Shown here: one piece after another, positions 32,792 to 34,301 of the stretch
Layout of the letters: every line of letters starts with the position of its first letter
How positions within the stretch are numbered: position 1 is the stretch's first letter
Origin: a virus
Lineage: Duplodnaviria; Caudoviricetes
Length of the DNA stretch: 34,301 bases
IMG/VR virus record: IMGVR_UViG_3300044513_003802
Span: 1 to 34,301 of that record
Direction: 5' to 3' (one strand)
Program-made: the position numbers and the translations under genes
Notes under the pieces: generated by a model
Told to the model about the DNA's origin: nothing
Seen by the model: the letters and a program-made list of their open reading frames with translations, nothing else
The model's database searches: none

Positions 32792-33937
32792 ATGGCGGTT
32801 AATATACCAACACAGACAACATACTTCGATAATGCTAATGACATTAGTTGGTCAGCATTGAGATCAACATTTAATTCAAAGACGACAGGTGAAATCAAGT
32901 TCTCAACATATTTGAGAAACACTGATAAGAACGCAACGGATCCTATCATTCCTGATGCGACAGAGAACAGTGATATTGGATCATCAAATAATCTTAAAGT
33001 ATCTGCATTTCGTGGAACAATCAAGGAGTATGTAATTCAGCAAAGTGGAACTAATAGTGATTTAAACCTTGCGGCAACACAATACTGGAATCAGAATCTG
33101 AATAAGAATGTACCAAAGAGAATTGTATTCGGTGGCACTGCATATGCATCATCAAAGAATAACTATGCCGTAAAGTTAGATTCTGAGATGTATAATGTTG
33201 ACTTTGATCATAGTGGAGAAATCTATGCTCAAGGTGGCAATGTTGGTTCACCAAATGGTGGCAGTGCCTTGTATTTGTACAATCGAAGTTCATTGAGAGG
33301 AACATCATCTTATGTTGATCTGAGGGTTAATAGCACTGGTAAAATTTGGTCTGGTGGTGGTGCTGGCAGTTCGGGAAATAGTGGAACAGCAGGACCTGCC
33401 GCATATTGCTATTTCAGTGGTAATTTTAATACTGGTAATCCGTATACTGGTGGTGTGAATCTTGGTGATGCACAGCCAGGAAGGTCGTGTAGAAATGCAC
33501 GTTCTGGTGCTACGTGGTCATCAGCGAATCAAAATGGTGTAAGATCAAGATGTCGCGGTGGTGGTGCAAGAAGAGGTAATGGTGAATATCCTGGAGGACC
33601 ATATCAGTGTTCTTCATATTGGACAATTAGATGCTCCTATTCCTATAGCAATAGTGTTCAGGGTTATGCTGGAAGCGGTGGTGCTGGTGGACCTGGACGT
33701 GGTTATTCAACATTTAATAGTTCTATTTCTGGTAGTGCTGGTAATGCTGGAAGTCCAGCATATTGTCCAGCAGGAAGTGGTGGAAGTTCCTCAGGTAATT
33801 CTGGAAACAGGGGCAACAGTGGAGGAGAATGGGGACAGGCATCTTCAGGCAGCGCGGGTTATTCAATCTATGGAAATAGATATACTGTGACTGGAGAAAC
33901 AACCACACGAATCAAAGGACCAAAGGGTTACAATTAA
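32792..33937 (+). CDS. Gly-rich virion protein (adhesin/fibre-tip-like)
   Basis: ISWS.LR..F...IKFS.Y, GEIYAQGG..G..NGGSAL, GKIWSGGG.G and Gly/Ser-rich repeats with several Cys. Confidence 0.6.
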   Translation: MAVNIPTQTTYFDNANDISWSALRSTFNSKTTGEIKFSTYLRNTDKNATDPIIPDATENSDIGSSNNLKVSAFRGTIKEYVIQQSGTNSDLNLAATQYWNQNLNKNVPKRIVFGGTAYASSKNNYAVKLDSEMYNVDFDHSGEIYAQGGNVGSPNGGSALYLYNRSSLRGTSSYVDLRVNSTGKIWSGGGAGSSGNSGTAGPAAYCYFSGNFNTGNPYTGGVNLGDAQPGRSCRNARSGATWSSANQNGVRSRCRGGGARRGNGEYPGGPYQCSSYWTIRCSYSYSNSVQGYAGSGGAGGPGRGYSTFNSSISGSAGNAGSPAYCPAGSGGSSSGNSGNRGNSGGEWGQASSGSAGYSIYGNRYTVTGETTTRIKGPKGYN

Positions 33938-33953
33938 AGGAGATTGTGTTATA

Positions 33954-34268
33954 ATGAAGTATGATGATCTTTCTGATTTTGTATTTGAGTTTTTAAATGA
34001 GTTCTTCATTCATGAAGCAGATGGAATTAGTTACGTTGTAAGTGATGAAGTCTATGAAGAACGACTGGATATATGTCGGGCATGTTGTCACTATGATGAA
34101 CCAGAGAATGGATGTAAGAAGTGTGGATGTTATCTAATGCACAAGGCAAAAGATCCATTTGCATCATGTCCAATTAAAGAATGGGACGTTGATCGTAGAC
34201 AGTGGAATGAGGTTAATTATGAGCACATTTTGAATCAAATGAGGGAGCGTACTGGTAAGTATGAATGA
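33954..34268 (+). CDS. Cys-rich putative metal-binding protein (DUF6171-like)
   Basis: AGGAG upstream; ERL.IC..C..Y.....C..CGC....K......CP...W. Confidence 0.75.
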   Translation: MKYDDLSDFVFEFLNEFFIHEADGISYVVSDEVYEERLDICRACCHYDEPENGCKKCGCYLMHKAKDPFASCPIKEWDVDRRQWNEVNYEHILNQMRERTGKYE

Positions 34269-34301
34269 AGATAGGATAGGTTTGTATTCTGATTTTATCG
34301 G

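Overview
A 34.3-kb segment of a T4-like cyanomyovirus (Kyanoviridae-type) genome; every credible gene is on the + strand. 1-11.8 kb is a late baseplate-hub module: gp26, gp51-like, two tape-measure/hub-like proteins (one with an M23 peptidase domain), a gp27-like hub, a split gp5 and spike-associated proteins. 11.8-13.5 kb holds small genes, three tRNAs (Ile-UAU, CAU, Leu-UAA) and pebS. 13.5-21.8 kb encodes two large tail-fibre/virion proteins. 21.9-25 kb is an unusual DNA-modification locus: a GIY-YIG-like/NPPY protein, a separate small SAM-binding subunit ending in a PIP-box-like motif, then an SF2 helicase. 25-31.6 kb is an array of small, probably early genes (plus cp12 and an HExxH protease) with several copies of a palindromic-box + TATAAT promoter. 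31.6-34.3 kb has two 2OG-Fe(II) oxygenases, a Gly-rich virion protein and a Cys-rich protein. Best leads: the apparently split, possibly clamp-tethered methyltransferase locus; a -1 frameshift site fusing gp26 to gp51; a circularly permuted M23 peptidase; nested domain insertions in gp5; a small protein with a beta-clamp motif. All family calls come from reading motifs by eye; no database searches were run.
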